Counted from the stretch's first letter, positions 1 to 30,592 are shown. The stretch is DNA of 64,000 nucleotides from Callorhinchus milii (GCF_018977255.1 NW_024704742.1:6264001-6328000), one strand, 5' to 3'. Numbers and translations: made by a program. Notes: generated by a model not told the origin, from the sequence alone.

Positions 1-186
1 GAACAAATCCAAATCTACATTACCCAAATTAGTGTCACTTTAACCGATAGTTTCTGAAATCTCTTCAGATTGATGAACTATACAGATTTGAGTTTTGAGT
101 TTTGAAGAGGTAACCTCTGCCTTACAGACCAAGTAATAATGGCTGCTGTTTGTTTACAAACCATCTGAGTGTTATTTTTCACTGTT

Positions 187-527
187 ATTAGAGCACTCCC
201 CTCGCAAGAGAAGAACCGGGTTCAATTCCCGGCAGGGCGAAACATTAGGCAAGTTTCCTTACTCCACACGCCTCTGTTTACCTAACAGGAACCTGGTTGT
301 TAGTCGATTGGTGGATCGTTTTCTGGCAGTAACAATCCCTCCAACAACAAAAAAATTGGTCACTCAATCCACAACTGTTTGTGGGACCCTGCTGTGTGGA
401 ACTGGCTGACACGTTTTGCCCACAAAATATAGTCAATTCACTTTACAGTGAAGCCCTCTGAGACGTCTCAACGACGTGGTAAGGCACTTTATACAACGCA
501 AGGATTATTATTAATATTATTATTATT
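187..527 (+). mobile_element. tRNA-derived SINE, family A (young, (TTA)n tail)
   Basis: Partial A box TTAGAGCAC, B box GGTTCAATTCCC, shared body, tail GGATTATTATT. Confidence 0.9.
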
Positions 528-751
528 TAGCGTGCGCTGTGAGTGTGTGTTCATGCGTGGGTGTGAATGAATGTGAAGGAGTTGTACTTGATTTGAATCC
601 AAACTGGCAGCTGGATTAAGGAGCACGGTGGTAAAACAATACATTTCACTCATAGACTAAAGCCCTATTTATACTAAAGTTATACATTCCTTTCCTATTT
701 ATTGCAGATTTGCAACTAATTCTCTGTAGAATCTCCAGTATAAAAGGTGAA

Positions 752-1004
752 GCTCTGGAACTCCATCCCCCAGTGCCTTCGCCGCCTCCTCCCTTTCCTC
801 CTTCAAGGCCGGTCTCAAGACCTTTCTCTTTGACTGTGCCTTCAGCTCCCCTCTCGACTCTCTACCCCCTCCTCGCTCCCTCCCTTCCCTCCCCTCACCC
901 TGACCATTTCCCCTCTCGGGTCCTGACCCAACTGTACAGCGCCTTGGGACGTCCTCCCGACGTGAAATGCGCTCTATAAATGGAATCTTGTTGTTGTTGT
1001 TGTT
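752..1004 (+). mobile_element. L2-clade LINE 3' end, (TTG)n tail
   Basis: LWNSIP...FKAGLKTFLF-like remnant; tail CAGCGCCTTGGGACGTCCTCCCGACGTGAAA.GCGCT...TTGTTG. Confidence 0.88.
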
Positions 1005-1147
1005 ATTTACTCCAGTCGTGGGTCAGAAACAATTGAATGTGCTGCAAACAAGAGTTTGGCTTGAATTGGTGTGTAATGCAAATCTTGTATCACTGTGCTC
1101 TGTAATGCTGCTTTTCTATAAGGAGTTTTGTGTACAGAGTAACCTGT

Positions 1148-1153
1148 AATAAA
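1148..1153 (+). terminator. Possible poly(A) signal of a convergent + strand transcript
   Basis: AATAAA at the end of a TGTA-rich, 3'UTR-like stretch (~1020-1160); no coding exon recognised. Confidence 0.2.
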
Positions 1154-2439
1154 AAAAAGTCAAATTTCCTGGTATCGCTCTTACCTGAGTCCTTTCTCAG
1201 CTACTGTCTCACCACAGCTTCGCGATGCTCAAGGAATGTACTTTGCTGGCAATCCAATACCAACCATCACGTCATGAGAGAGAGAGTTTAAACATTAGTT
1301 TTCTTTCCGTTCAGACAATCCTGGTGTGAATTGGGAGGTTTGTTGTATTGCTAATGGAGATGTGTCGTGCAGTAGAGCAAGAAGGCAGTAGCACTGCTTG
1401 AAGACGTTTAATGTTTGTCCTCTGGAGGCTGATATTTGGAGCATCCCCCAACGTGATGTCCTTTGCAGCTTTTGCAGCACTAGCTTTACACTCCACCATA
1501 AACAGGATTGCTTCAAACTACTAAGACAATAAATGACTTCAGTCAAATTTTATTTAGTCTGATCAGCCGGGTGTCTGACACATGCAGAAACCCATCACCG
1601 TGCTTAAGCGTATCCAAACCAAGCTGAGGATTTCATGCATCCCACTTGCACATGGAAATCCCAGCGATAGTCTGTATTTCAGTCCAACAATCTCCCTCCC
1701 TGGGGGGAAGCATCCTGCTTAATTACAGAAGGTATTAGGCGCAGGTTGACAAGAGCCAAGTCAACACACATCAACTTTGGTCATACGGTTTCATCTGAAA
1801 TCGTTGACGTGAGCTACTGAGATGGCTTAGCCACGGTTAAACCTGCCATGCCACAATTGTGGCATTTTAGTGGTAGTTAGTTCATGGAATACCATTTTAA
1901 CCCAACCGTGGGAGATTCTCCTGGTGCCCAGGCTATCGATCTTCTAGATAAAACTGATCAGCCACTTCCTGGCTGTTTGTGGGTCCTCGCTGTGAATAAA
2001 TTAGCTGCTGCGTTCGTCTTCAAAATACACAGTCACTACACTATAAAAGAATAAATCTGTGAAGTGCTTTTGACATCGTTGACTTGATCAGCGCTACATC
2101 AAATGTAAAACTGTAAGGATTATTATTATTATTATTATAGCTGATGGCCATTGCAAATGGCTTCTGCATTTTGCATCTTTCCTGAAAATTCCTCCACCAC
2201 TCCAGAGGGCAAACAAGAGAGCCACCACCAACATGAGCGCAGAGCTCAGTACCACACCGTGTTGTGAAGGAGAATCAGACATTACCAAAAGCGACATTCT
2301 CGTCATTCTTTTTGAAAAATGAAGTGTGAAGCTAAATAAGGGGTTGATTTCCACTCTCACACGGCTTGGTTGGTAAAAGTATCACAACTTGCTAATGAGC
2401 TATTCCGATCAGTATCCACCCTGACTTATGCCCAGGGTA

Positions 2440-2808
2440 GGAGTCCTGTAGCTTCGTGGTTACAGCACTCGCCTCGCGAGCGAGAGGACCTGGGTTCGAT
2501 TCCTGGCAGGGCGAAACGTTGGGCAAATTTTCTTACTCCACACGCCTCTGTTTACCCAGCACTAAGTAGGTAAACCCCATTGTTAGTCGATCGCTGGCGG
2601 ATCACTTTTCCGGGGGTAATAATCCCTTCTCTCAAAAAAATAATAATTTGGTCACATAATCCACGACTGTATGTGAGACAGTTAGCTGCCGTGTTTCGCC
2701 CACGAAACATACAGTCTATTCACATTACAGTATATTCTGTGTAACACTTTGAGACGTCTAGAAGACGTGATAAGGCGCTATATCAAATGCAAGGATTATC
2801 ATTATTAT
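2440..2808 (+). mobile_element. SINE family A, full length, inserted within an older SINE (~2360-3110)
   Basis: GAGTCCTGTAGC...GGTTCGATTCC head; AAGGCGCTATATCAAATGCAAGGATTA tail. Confidence 0.92.
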
Positions 2809-3974
2809 CTATATACCAATTTAGCTGATCTCAGCAGCTAAGTTAATGGTCTCAGTGCCTTGGGCTAAGGAGGGGAGAGATCAGCTAGGGACATGGTTCT
2901 CACCCCCACACACTGTCCATCGACCACTTACAGAGTGAAAACGTGGAGACCTTGGGGGAACACCTTGATTTAATACTCTTCCCTTCCCTCGTAGTGACAA
3001 GCTTCTCAGGGCTCACTGTTAAGCCTCACACAGGATAAGACCCTTGGGCCTTGGTTCAATGAGCTGTCAGTGACTCTGAAACCTTACCCAGCTTCAGGAA
3101 AGTGCTGTGTGTGTGTGTATGTGTGTCGGTGTGTGTGTGTGTGTGAGTGTGAGTGAGGAAATCAGCCTTAATTTTATACTTGCATTAACAGCCTAAAGCT
3201 TTCAAAGACAGAGATGTGCATCTCATACTGCCATCATGTGGTTACCTGATCACTACCTAACTCTAGCAACACGAGTTAGTGACTTGGATATTTAGAAGGA
3301 GAATTTTTTCCAATTGGCAAATGCCGGGTCTCAGTTGCTCCACTGTGTTTGTGGTAGATTTAGTGAGTTCCTCAACTAGTGGCAGTTTTGTACCTGAGAA
3401 GATTTAAAACTTCCTCTCCACTTTACAGTATTGAACAGGATCACAGAATATTTCAGCATACAATAATAATCCTTGCATTTCATAATGCCTTATCACGTCT
3501 TCTAGACGTCTCAAAGCGCTTCACAGAATATGCTGTAAAGTCAATTGACCTGACAAAGAAGGAGATTTGGCTCTTCAGGCCTGTGCCAGTTCTCTGTGTA
3601 AGAGCTTCCTGTTTAATCCCACTCCCCTGTGTTTCCCCTATAAGCTTTTATATTTTTGCCGAGCAGATCTTTGTTCAATTCCCTTTTTAAAGTTCCTAAG
3701 GCTTGTTCTGAGACATCCAGCTACTGCAGGGGATTTGCTATCTATGAAAACCGCACATTAGATTCCATTATTAAGTATCCCACTATCAAGTTTGCCTTCC
3801 GAATACAGTCACTACGCTTTAAAGCAAATCCTGCGAGGTGCTTTCTGCTGTTCTCTGAACAATGAAAGGTGCAACATCAATTGTAAGGCTTGTTATGGTT
3901 ACTGCCTCTCACTGAAATTCTGTGGCTGCAGTGTGCACTATCGACAGAATGCACTGCAGCAACTTACAACTTAC

Positions 3975-4183
3975 TCAGCTGCCTTCATGCCATCGAACCT
4001 CCCTACCTATCCGATTTGCTTACCCCCCCCCCCCCTCCTTCACCACCAGCTGCCTCCGCTCGGCTAGCTCCGGCTTCCTGTTCATCCCTCGTCCCCTCCG
4101 CTCCACCATCGGCGGTTGTGCTTTCAACCACTACCCCCCGAAACTCTGGAACTCTTTCCCTCAATCCCTCCGCCTTGCCCCCA
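3975..4183 (+). mobile_element. L2 LINE ORF2 C-terminal fragment
   Basis: PPYLSDLL...LRSASSGFLFIPR..STIGGCAFNHYPPKLWNSFPQSLRLAP. Confidence 0.8.
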
Positions 4184-5554
4184 AATGACTAAATCAATTT
4201 TCACAAGTAAAAAAAATGGCTTACCTTTCACTTACTTAGTGGAAACGGATTAAATCTAAAATATGAAAACAGAGCCAATGCTGTATTTTTTTAGCTCAGT
4301 ATAAGTGACACTAATATATTCCCTTTCTGTTTGTCTCCAACTCTTATTCTGTCTTTATAGTGTTTGATATTAAGAAGCTGCTCTTAATTGCACTAACAGA
4401 ATTGAGAAACTGATTAATAAATGAATGCTGTTTAAAAATGTAATAAATGTCAACATTATTTATTGTGCTCTAAAACTATGCATTTGTTCTATTTATAAAT
4501 TCTACAAAGGACTGGCAGCTGAGCTCTGGGAGAAGCCGTCAGTCAAAGGGTTGTCCCCATGGTGTTACTCTAGATTTAGTAGCACACAAAAACCGGATCC
4601 TCGCCTCACAAGCCCGGCAAATAACTACCTCAAAGGACTTGACGGAGTTCTGATAGGATACATCCTGAAGCTAGAGGAGGAGAATTGCTAATCTTTGTTC
4701 TCATGTGTTGAGCACATCTACTGGAGTACGTGATAATTAATATTCTAATACCATATATTTGTCAGTGGCTGTATGCTTGGGTGCTACTAGGCTGCGCAGT
4801 GTATCTTGAACGGACTGATCGAGCAAGTATTTCCTCCTCCAGCGTATTCCACGTGCGATGGGGCGAAAGGGCAGGACTTTTCAGAGGGTATCCGTTTCGG
4901 TAGCGAAAGCATGAGGTCTTGGCTCTGGATTGATGGCCACTGGTTTCTGAGCTTTTTGATTTAATGGTTGGGGGGGGGTGGGGGGGAGAGTGGGGTGACG
5001 TTTGCAGTGTTTTCCTAACGGGATCGATGTGACGACGCCACCTGGTTTGTAAGGTGGTTTTAGAGTGTCAAGCACATCTTGCGTCCCGCTCTGGTGCCAG
5101 CGAGAACAGGCCCAAGTTGTGGGTCCTCAAGGCTGGGCCTGTGTTCAACTGTGATGCTCCCACGCAAGTTACTCGCTAGCCTAGCTTATCAACGTTTTCT
5201 ATCTAACCAAAGCTTCTGAAAAAAAAAACTGCAGCGTGTCAACTCAGGCATAGGCCGCACCAGTACAAGAGAAAACCACACACTGTGTGGAATTTGTTAC
5301 GTTTTAGCTTTCCCAACCCACTTAGCGCTCTTGAGGTTCAGCCTCGATGCCATGTCGCGGGAACGAGTGGGCGCTCTCTCTGTCGGTTGAGACACTTGTA
5401 TTGTCAAGGAATTCAACGCGAAGCTACTTACGGTCTTGATCAACTTTTTATGTAGGGCAGCCATTCGAAGGTAAGTGGAAATAAAATAATAGCGAGAATG
5501 AAGCTCTCCAAATAGGTATGCTATACAAATGTATAGCATACATATCAGTGAATC

Positions 5555-5800
5555 TCCCGGCTCAGTTGATAGCACTCTCGTGTTTGAATCAGAAGGATGT
5601 GGGTTCAAGCCCCACGTTAGGAATTGGAAACCAATATAGTCTATGCTGATTCTCCAGTGCAGCACTGGGGGGAACGTTGTATTTGTAGGAGGTGAAAGGC
5701 GCTATCGAAATATAATCTTGTTGTTTCGTCCTTCTGATAGAATGTTAAACCAAAGTACCGTTCCAGGTAGATGTTGAAGATCCAATGGCACTATTCATTG
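5555..5800 (+). mobile_element. Deu-domain SINE fragment; further diverged copies at ~12400-12715(-), 21430-21610(+), 22770-23010(-), 28530-28665(-), 30010-30345(-), 31493-31790(+), 35790-36045(-), 38280-38680(+), 61610-61935(+), 62940-63270(-)
   Basis: Recurring head GGCTCAGTTG.TAGC.CTCTCG..T..GA.TCAG and the AAGATCC(C)ATGGCACTATT motif. Confidence 0.65.
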
Positions 5801-6182
5801 TTCGTCAAACTAATAAGTTCTTTGCTGGTTCAGTACTGTGCAGTAAGTTTCTGACGAAAATGCTTTGGGAAGATCCCTGCCCCAAACAAAAAGTCAGCTG
5901 GCCTCAGTCAGGCTGCAGTAGGAGACAGTTGGTCAGATAATAATCAGCCTGGGTATGAGAGGATATCATTCCCTCCACCTCCCCACGCTGGGAAAATTAG
6001 TTTTCAGATGCCAGTCTCCTTAAAATCTGGGTTTGCTAACAGCTCTATACTGACATACATATATAGTGGATGTTTTCGATGGTTTACTCAACAGTTTGTT
6101 AGAATACAGGGAACAAAATAGGGTATATATAACTGTATAATGCATTTTCATCCACATCAAATGAGCTGGATTCAAAGAGCAT

Positions 6183-6188
6183 TTTATT
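6183..6188 (-). terminator. Candidate HADH polyadenylation signal AATAAA
   Basis: tttatt on + strand about 360 nt past the stop codon, in an AT-rich 3'UTR-like tract. Confidence 0.55.
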
Positions 6189-6550
6189 TTCATATTAATA
6201 CATGGAAAAGATCTTGCAAATACAAAGCCCGAAATGCTTTTAGCTCAAAAACAGGAAGGACAGATTAAATTTCTTCACGTATGTCACTGTTTTAAGGCAC
6301 AACTATGCATAGGATCAATTGTTTAAACTTCGGTTTGCAGATTGTCGAAATAAATCAGAACCATCTACGGTCAACATTATTTCCGGTTTTCAAACGCAAT
6401 TTTATCAAAATGTAAAATTATGAAGACATTATGGTACAAATTTGACAAGATACTTAAGCAAGTGCCTGCTCAAATGTCTTAAACAACATGATGTCAGAGT
6501 AGTCTGCCATCACTGATGCTTTAATGTACAAAAAACAGTGTGAAGGCATT

Positions 6551-26016
<19,466 letters not shown>

Positions 26017-26080
26017 CGCCCCGGAGAGAGAGAGAGAGAGACACAGACAGACAACCCCCCCCCACACACACACACACACA

Positions 26081-26640
26081 CAGGGGAGGGGCCTGAGGGG
26101 CAGGGGAGGGGCCTGAGGGGCAGGGGAGGGGCCTGAGGGGCAGGGGAGGGGCCTCAGAGGCAGGTGAGGGGCCTGAGGGGCAGGGGAGGGGCCTGAGGGG
26201 CAGGGGAGGGGCCTCAGAGGCAGGTGAGGGGCCTGAGGGGCAGGGGAGGGGCCTGAGAGGGCAGGGGAGGGGCCTGAGGGGCAGGGGAGGGTCCTGAGGG
26301 GCAGGGGAGGGGCCTCAGAGGCAGGTGAGGGGCCTGAGGGGCAGGGGAGGGGCTTGAGGACAGGGGAGGGGCCTGAGAGGCAGGGGAGGGGCTTTGGAGG
26401 GCAGGGGAGGGGCCTGAGAGGGCAGGGGAGGGGTCTGAGTGGACGGGAGGAGGGGCCTGGGAGTGCAGGGGCGGGGCCTTGGAGGGTAGGGGCGGGGCCT
26501 GAGAGTGCAGGGGCGGGGCCTGACATGCAGGGGAGTGGTCTGAGAGGGCAGGGGAGGGGCCTGAGTGGACAGGGGGAGGGGCTGAGATGGCAAGGGGAGG
26601 GGCTGAGAGAGCAGGGGAGGGGCCTGAGAGAGCAGGGGGT
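26081..26640. repeat. ~20-bp G-rich minisatellite (CAGGGGAGGGGCCTGAGGGG)n upstream of the HADH ATG
   Basis: About 25 units, homogeneous at 26081-26350 and degenerate further right; (GA)n and (CA)n microsatellites at 26024-26082. Confidence 0.93.
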
Positions 26641-26734
26641 GGGGCTACAGTCGCCTCCCCCTCCCCCGCCTCCTGGCTCGGCCTCATTCTCCGTCACCCT
26701 CAAGCGCGGAGGGCGCTATATAACAATAATAAAT

Positions 26735-27067
26735 ATAATAATAATAATAATAATATTTGCCTCGGGTTTAGCGCCCGGTCCCGTCTTCGAGGCGTCTCCA
26801 AGCGCTTCACAGAACATACCGTAAAGCGAACTGACTGTCCGCTTTGTGGGCGTAAACCCCGGAGCCAATCGCGCCCGGCGGCGTCCGCGCAAACGGCCGT
26901 GGTTTGAGGCGACCAAATTGTTACGGTGTTTCTGTTTCTCTTGAGGGACTGTCATCGGGCGCGCGCGCGGAGTCAGGAAACCCGCCCAAGGTTTCGCCCC
27001 TGACCCGCCGGGAATCGAACCCAGGTCTCTCGCTGGCGGGGGGCCAGTTGCTCTCACCGCGCGCGAC
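26735..27067 (-). mobile_element. SINE family A (deleted subfamily), strongly GC-shifted copy
   Basis: Collinear with 20641-20910 (AAGCGCTTCACAGAA...GGTTTCGCCCTGACC.GCCGGGAATC.AACCCAGGTCTC) but with many A/T-to-G/C changes. Confidence 0.88.
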
Positions 27068-27085
27068 ACAAGTGCGAGTTGGGGT

Positions 27086-27124
<39 letters not shown>
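27086..27124. repeat. (CGG)13 trinucleotide repeat
   Basis: Directly visible. Confidence 0.95.
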
Positions 27125-27984
27125 AGGCGTTAACTTGAACCACGGCGACTTCCATTCTCACGTTTGTCGCCAGCGTTCGGGTCTTTCGCCGGAACCCGGA
27201 AGCATTACTCCGAGTGAATGCGATGAGCGCTTCGCTGGCGGTTGACTACATTTGCCAACGGTTTCACTTTGTTCGCCGCTGAGGCGGTGGTTGTGTCCTT
27301 TTTCTCGTCCCTCGCTTTGCTGAATCCCGTTGTCGTCTCCGAGCGCGTAACACCGGTTTCGATTGATTCTCTCCTCACGCTGGTGGGCTCTTTGAGGCTC
27401 TCGCAATTAACTTCATGTCAGGAGGACATCCCCAAAAAAAAAAATTTCACAGAATTTACCGTACAGCGCGGGTGGGTGACGTGTTTGTAGGTGAAATGGG
27501 ACGGCTCGACTGCACGCCAGCAATGTCGCACGCGTAGCCGTGAAACAAACTTGAGCAGAGAGCCCAGCAGCGTGAGGAGGGAGCTGAGTGAGGTGGAACA
27601 GAGTGAGAATTCTGCTTAGGAGTTTGGTGAGAGTGGGAATTCTTCAGCAAGAGAGATACCAGAGAGCAAGAGAGAACTCTTTCATTCAGCCGACGAGTGG
27701 GAAATCTATCTTGAGGTAGAGGCAACCTTACACGTAAGCAGGCAAACGAGTCGATTAGCAGTTCATCATAGGGCAGTTTTTGGGGGAGTTTTAAAAAATC
27801 TGCTGACCGGTCAAAACTGGGAGCCTTTGTTTGAGTCCTATATACAGGAGAAGACTTGCGAGAACCTCAAAGAGCCCACCAGCATGAGGAGGGAACTTGC
27901 AGAGGGGGAAAGAGTGCATAATTATAAAATTATATGTTATGTTAAAATAATATAAAACATGTCTGGGAATATCGCAGGGCAGCT

Positions 27985-28510
27985 GAGAGTGGTTCTGGGC
28001 ACCACACTTTAAGAAGGAATGTCCAGGGGTTGGAGAAGGTGCAAATGTGATTTACCAGGAATGAGGGACTTCAGATATGAGGAGAGGCCAGAGAAGCTCG
28101 GATTATTCTCCTCGGAGCAGAGAAGGTTAAGAGGAGACTTAATAAAAGTTTTCAAAATTGTGAGGCGATTCGATAGGGTGAACAAGAAGAAACTATTCCC
28201 ACTGGCGGGTGGGTCGGTAACCCCGAGGGCACCGATTTAAAATAGTTGTTAAAAGAAACAGAGGGGAGGTGAGGAGACATCTTTTTTACACAGCGAGTTG
28301 TTCGGATCTGGAATGCATTGCCTGAAAGGGTGGTGGCAGCCGATTCGATAACAGCTTTCAAGAGAGAAGTAGGTAATTATTTGGGGAGGACAAGTTTGCA
28401 GGGCTATGGGGAGAGAGCGGGGGAGTGGGATTGAATTGGATAACTCTTTTCAAAGAGCCGGCACAGACACGATGGACCGAATGGTCTCTTTCTGTGCTGT
28501 ATAATTCCAT
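27985..28510 (+). mobile_element. CR1-clade LINE 3' end
   Basis: LPGMRDFRYEERPEKLGLFSSEQRRLRGDLIKVFKI..LFPL, FFTQRVVRIWNALP; CR1-type 3'UTR ending GATGGACCGAATGG.CTCTTTCTGTGCTGT. Confidence 0.92.
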
Positions 28511-28664
28511 GAAATGCACCAATTTGTCTGGGGTTGTTGGCCAGGACACTCGGAGAAAATCCCTTCTCTTTTCGAATAGTTCCATGGGACAGGCAGACAG
28601 GACCTCTGTTTAATGTCTCATCTGAAGGATGACAATTCAACATGCCCCTCGCACTGCACCCTCA

Positions 28665-29110
28665 GCACAACAGCAACAACAAAAAGTTACATTCATATTG
28701 CGCCTTTCACATTGGGAGGATGTGCCAAGGCTCTGGACAATTGATGGTTTGCACCCAACCTGCGGGTTGAATTCGGGACGGGTATGACCAAGGGGGATGT
28801 GGGGGGAAGATGACCAAAGGCACGGTCAATGAGACACACCTCAAACAAGGTGAGCAAAGAGGTGAAGTGAAAGGACTCCGAGATGGAGTTCCAGAGAATG
28901 GTGGCAGAAAGGCTGAAGGCCCGACTGTCAATGTTGGGGCAGGTAGGGTGCGGGATATAAAGTAGTCCAATGCCTGCCGAGTAGAGGCAGCAGCAGGTTG
29001 GTAGATTTAGGGCAAGACCATGGAACGCTTTAAAAGTAAGGCCGAGAATCTTGAACTCGATCCTCTGGGGGATGGGGAGCCAGTGGAGCCGGATGAGGAA
29101 GGGGTTTAAT
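28665..29110 (-). mobile_element. L2 LINE 3' end
   Basis: LHWLPIPQRIEFKILGLTFKAFHGLA...RAFSLSATILWNSI; CAA tail on the + strand. Confidence 0.88.
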
Positions 29111-30360
29111 AGGCTCACAGGTAGACGTAATAGGGTTAGAAGGAACTCCATCCCAGAATCTCTCTGACTCACTCCTTCTGACAAGGTCTGTCTCAACTCT
29201 TTAAGGTCTGTCTCAAGACCTGCTTACCTTTTTGACCATGCTTTTAGTTATGCAACATCCTCCCTACCTGAAACATGCCATATAAATGTAAATTTGTATT
29301 GTATTGCCTACCTAATTCGGTAGAGTATGAAGGGTAGGTTGGTAAGAACCAAGGCTTGGGGGCCCCAGAGTGTGCATTGGGGTGCTGCAGGAATTTGAAC
29401 AGCTAAAACCACACAGCTTGCCATTAAAAGCACTGTCTGGCAAGTTTCCTGCTGCTTGTCCAAGGAATTGTCTCAGACAGTATCTTGCATATAAAATTTT
29501 AGGCAGGATTGTGAAATAAAACCCAGGACAATATTGGAATGCGCTAAGATAGCAGAACAAGAGAAAGCAGGTTTAGGATTGCAAAGGGCAATTTCAAGAC
29601 AGGCACTAGGAAGTATTTCTTTACCGAGGAGGTAATTAATGACTGGAACAGGTTACTTGGAAGGGTGATTGAGTCCAGCATATTGCGCGAAACTGTGTCA
29701 GCTTGGCTCAGCTGGTAGCGTTCTCACTTCTGAATCAAGGGATCATAATGTTTTTTTTGGTCAGCCGGCTGTCTGGAACATGCAGATGCCCATCATCATG
29801 ATTAAGAGTACCACATATTTAATAATAACAATAATAGTAATAAATACTATTCCTTGCCTTTAATATTTTGTCTTTCATGTTGAGGCAATGTCTCAAATCA
29901 CTTCACCAGATTCAATGTAAAGTGCACTGATTGTGTATGTTTGCCACTTGTGCACACACAACTGTCCCACAAACCACCAAACAGCATATGTAAACCATCT
30001 ATGCATTGGGATTTTATAGCACCTTTTCACATTAAAAGTTTCAAAGCACTCCAAAGGTAATTATTGTCAAATTTAGTGACTGTTTTCTTGCAGAGAAACA
30101 CAACTGTCATTTTACACACAGCAAAGTCCAAAATGAGCCATGAAATGACTGGCCAATTTATCTGGATCATTGTTGGCTAGGACATCAGTAGAAGTATCCT
30201 TCTCTTTTTTGAATAGTGCAGAGAGATCATTAATATCCACTGAAACAGACAGTTGGAACCTCAGTTTAACATCTTACCCAAAGGACAACACCTCCAACAA
30301 TTCAGTGCTCACCTATCACTGTATTGGAATGACAGCCTAGACTGCTAATTTTGGATTGGG

Positions 30361-30592
30361 ACAACAACAACAAGATTACATTTGTAAAGCCCTTTCACAT
30401 CGGGAGGACGTCCCAAGACCCTGGACAATGTACAGCAAATTCAGACCTGCGCTAGGGTCAGGGAGGGAGAAGGGAGGGGAGGGGAAGGGGGAGTGATCGA
30501 TGGCATGGTCGAAGAGGATGGTTTTGAGGTGGGACCTGAAGGAGGTTAAGGAGGGGGTGAGGCGGAGTGATTGGGAGATGGCATTCCAGAGG
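30361..30592 (-). mobile_element. L2 LINE 3' end
   Basis: Same tail and 3' region as the 14091 and 20182 copies. Confidence 0.85.

Noticed and set aside
1295..1546. Short minus-strand ORFs downstream of HADH
   Set aside because: No recognisable homology or splice structure; length compatible with chance.
2440..2515. tRNA-like sequences (also at 10860, 13502, 36580, 39070, 44802 etc.)
   Set aside because: They are SINE heads: no proper acceptor stem, and always followed by the same SINE body and tail.
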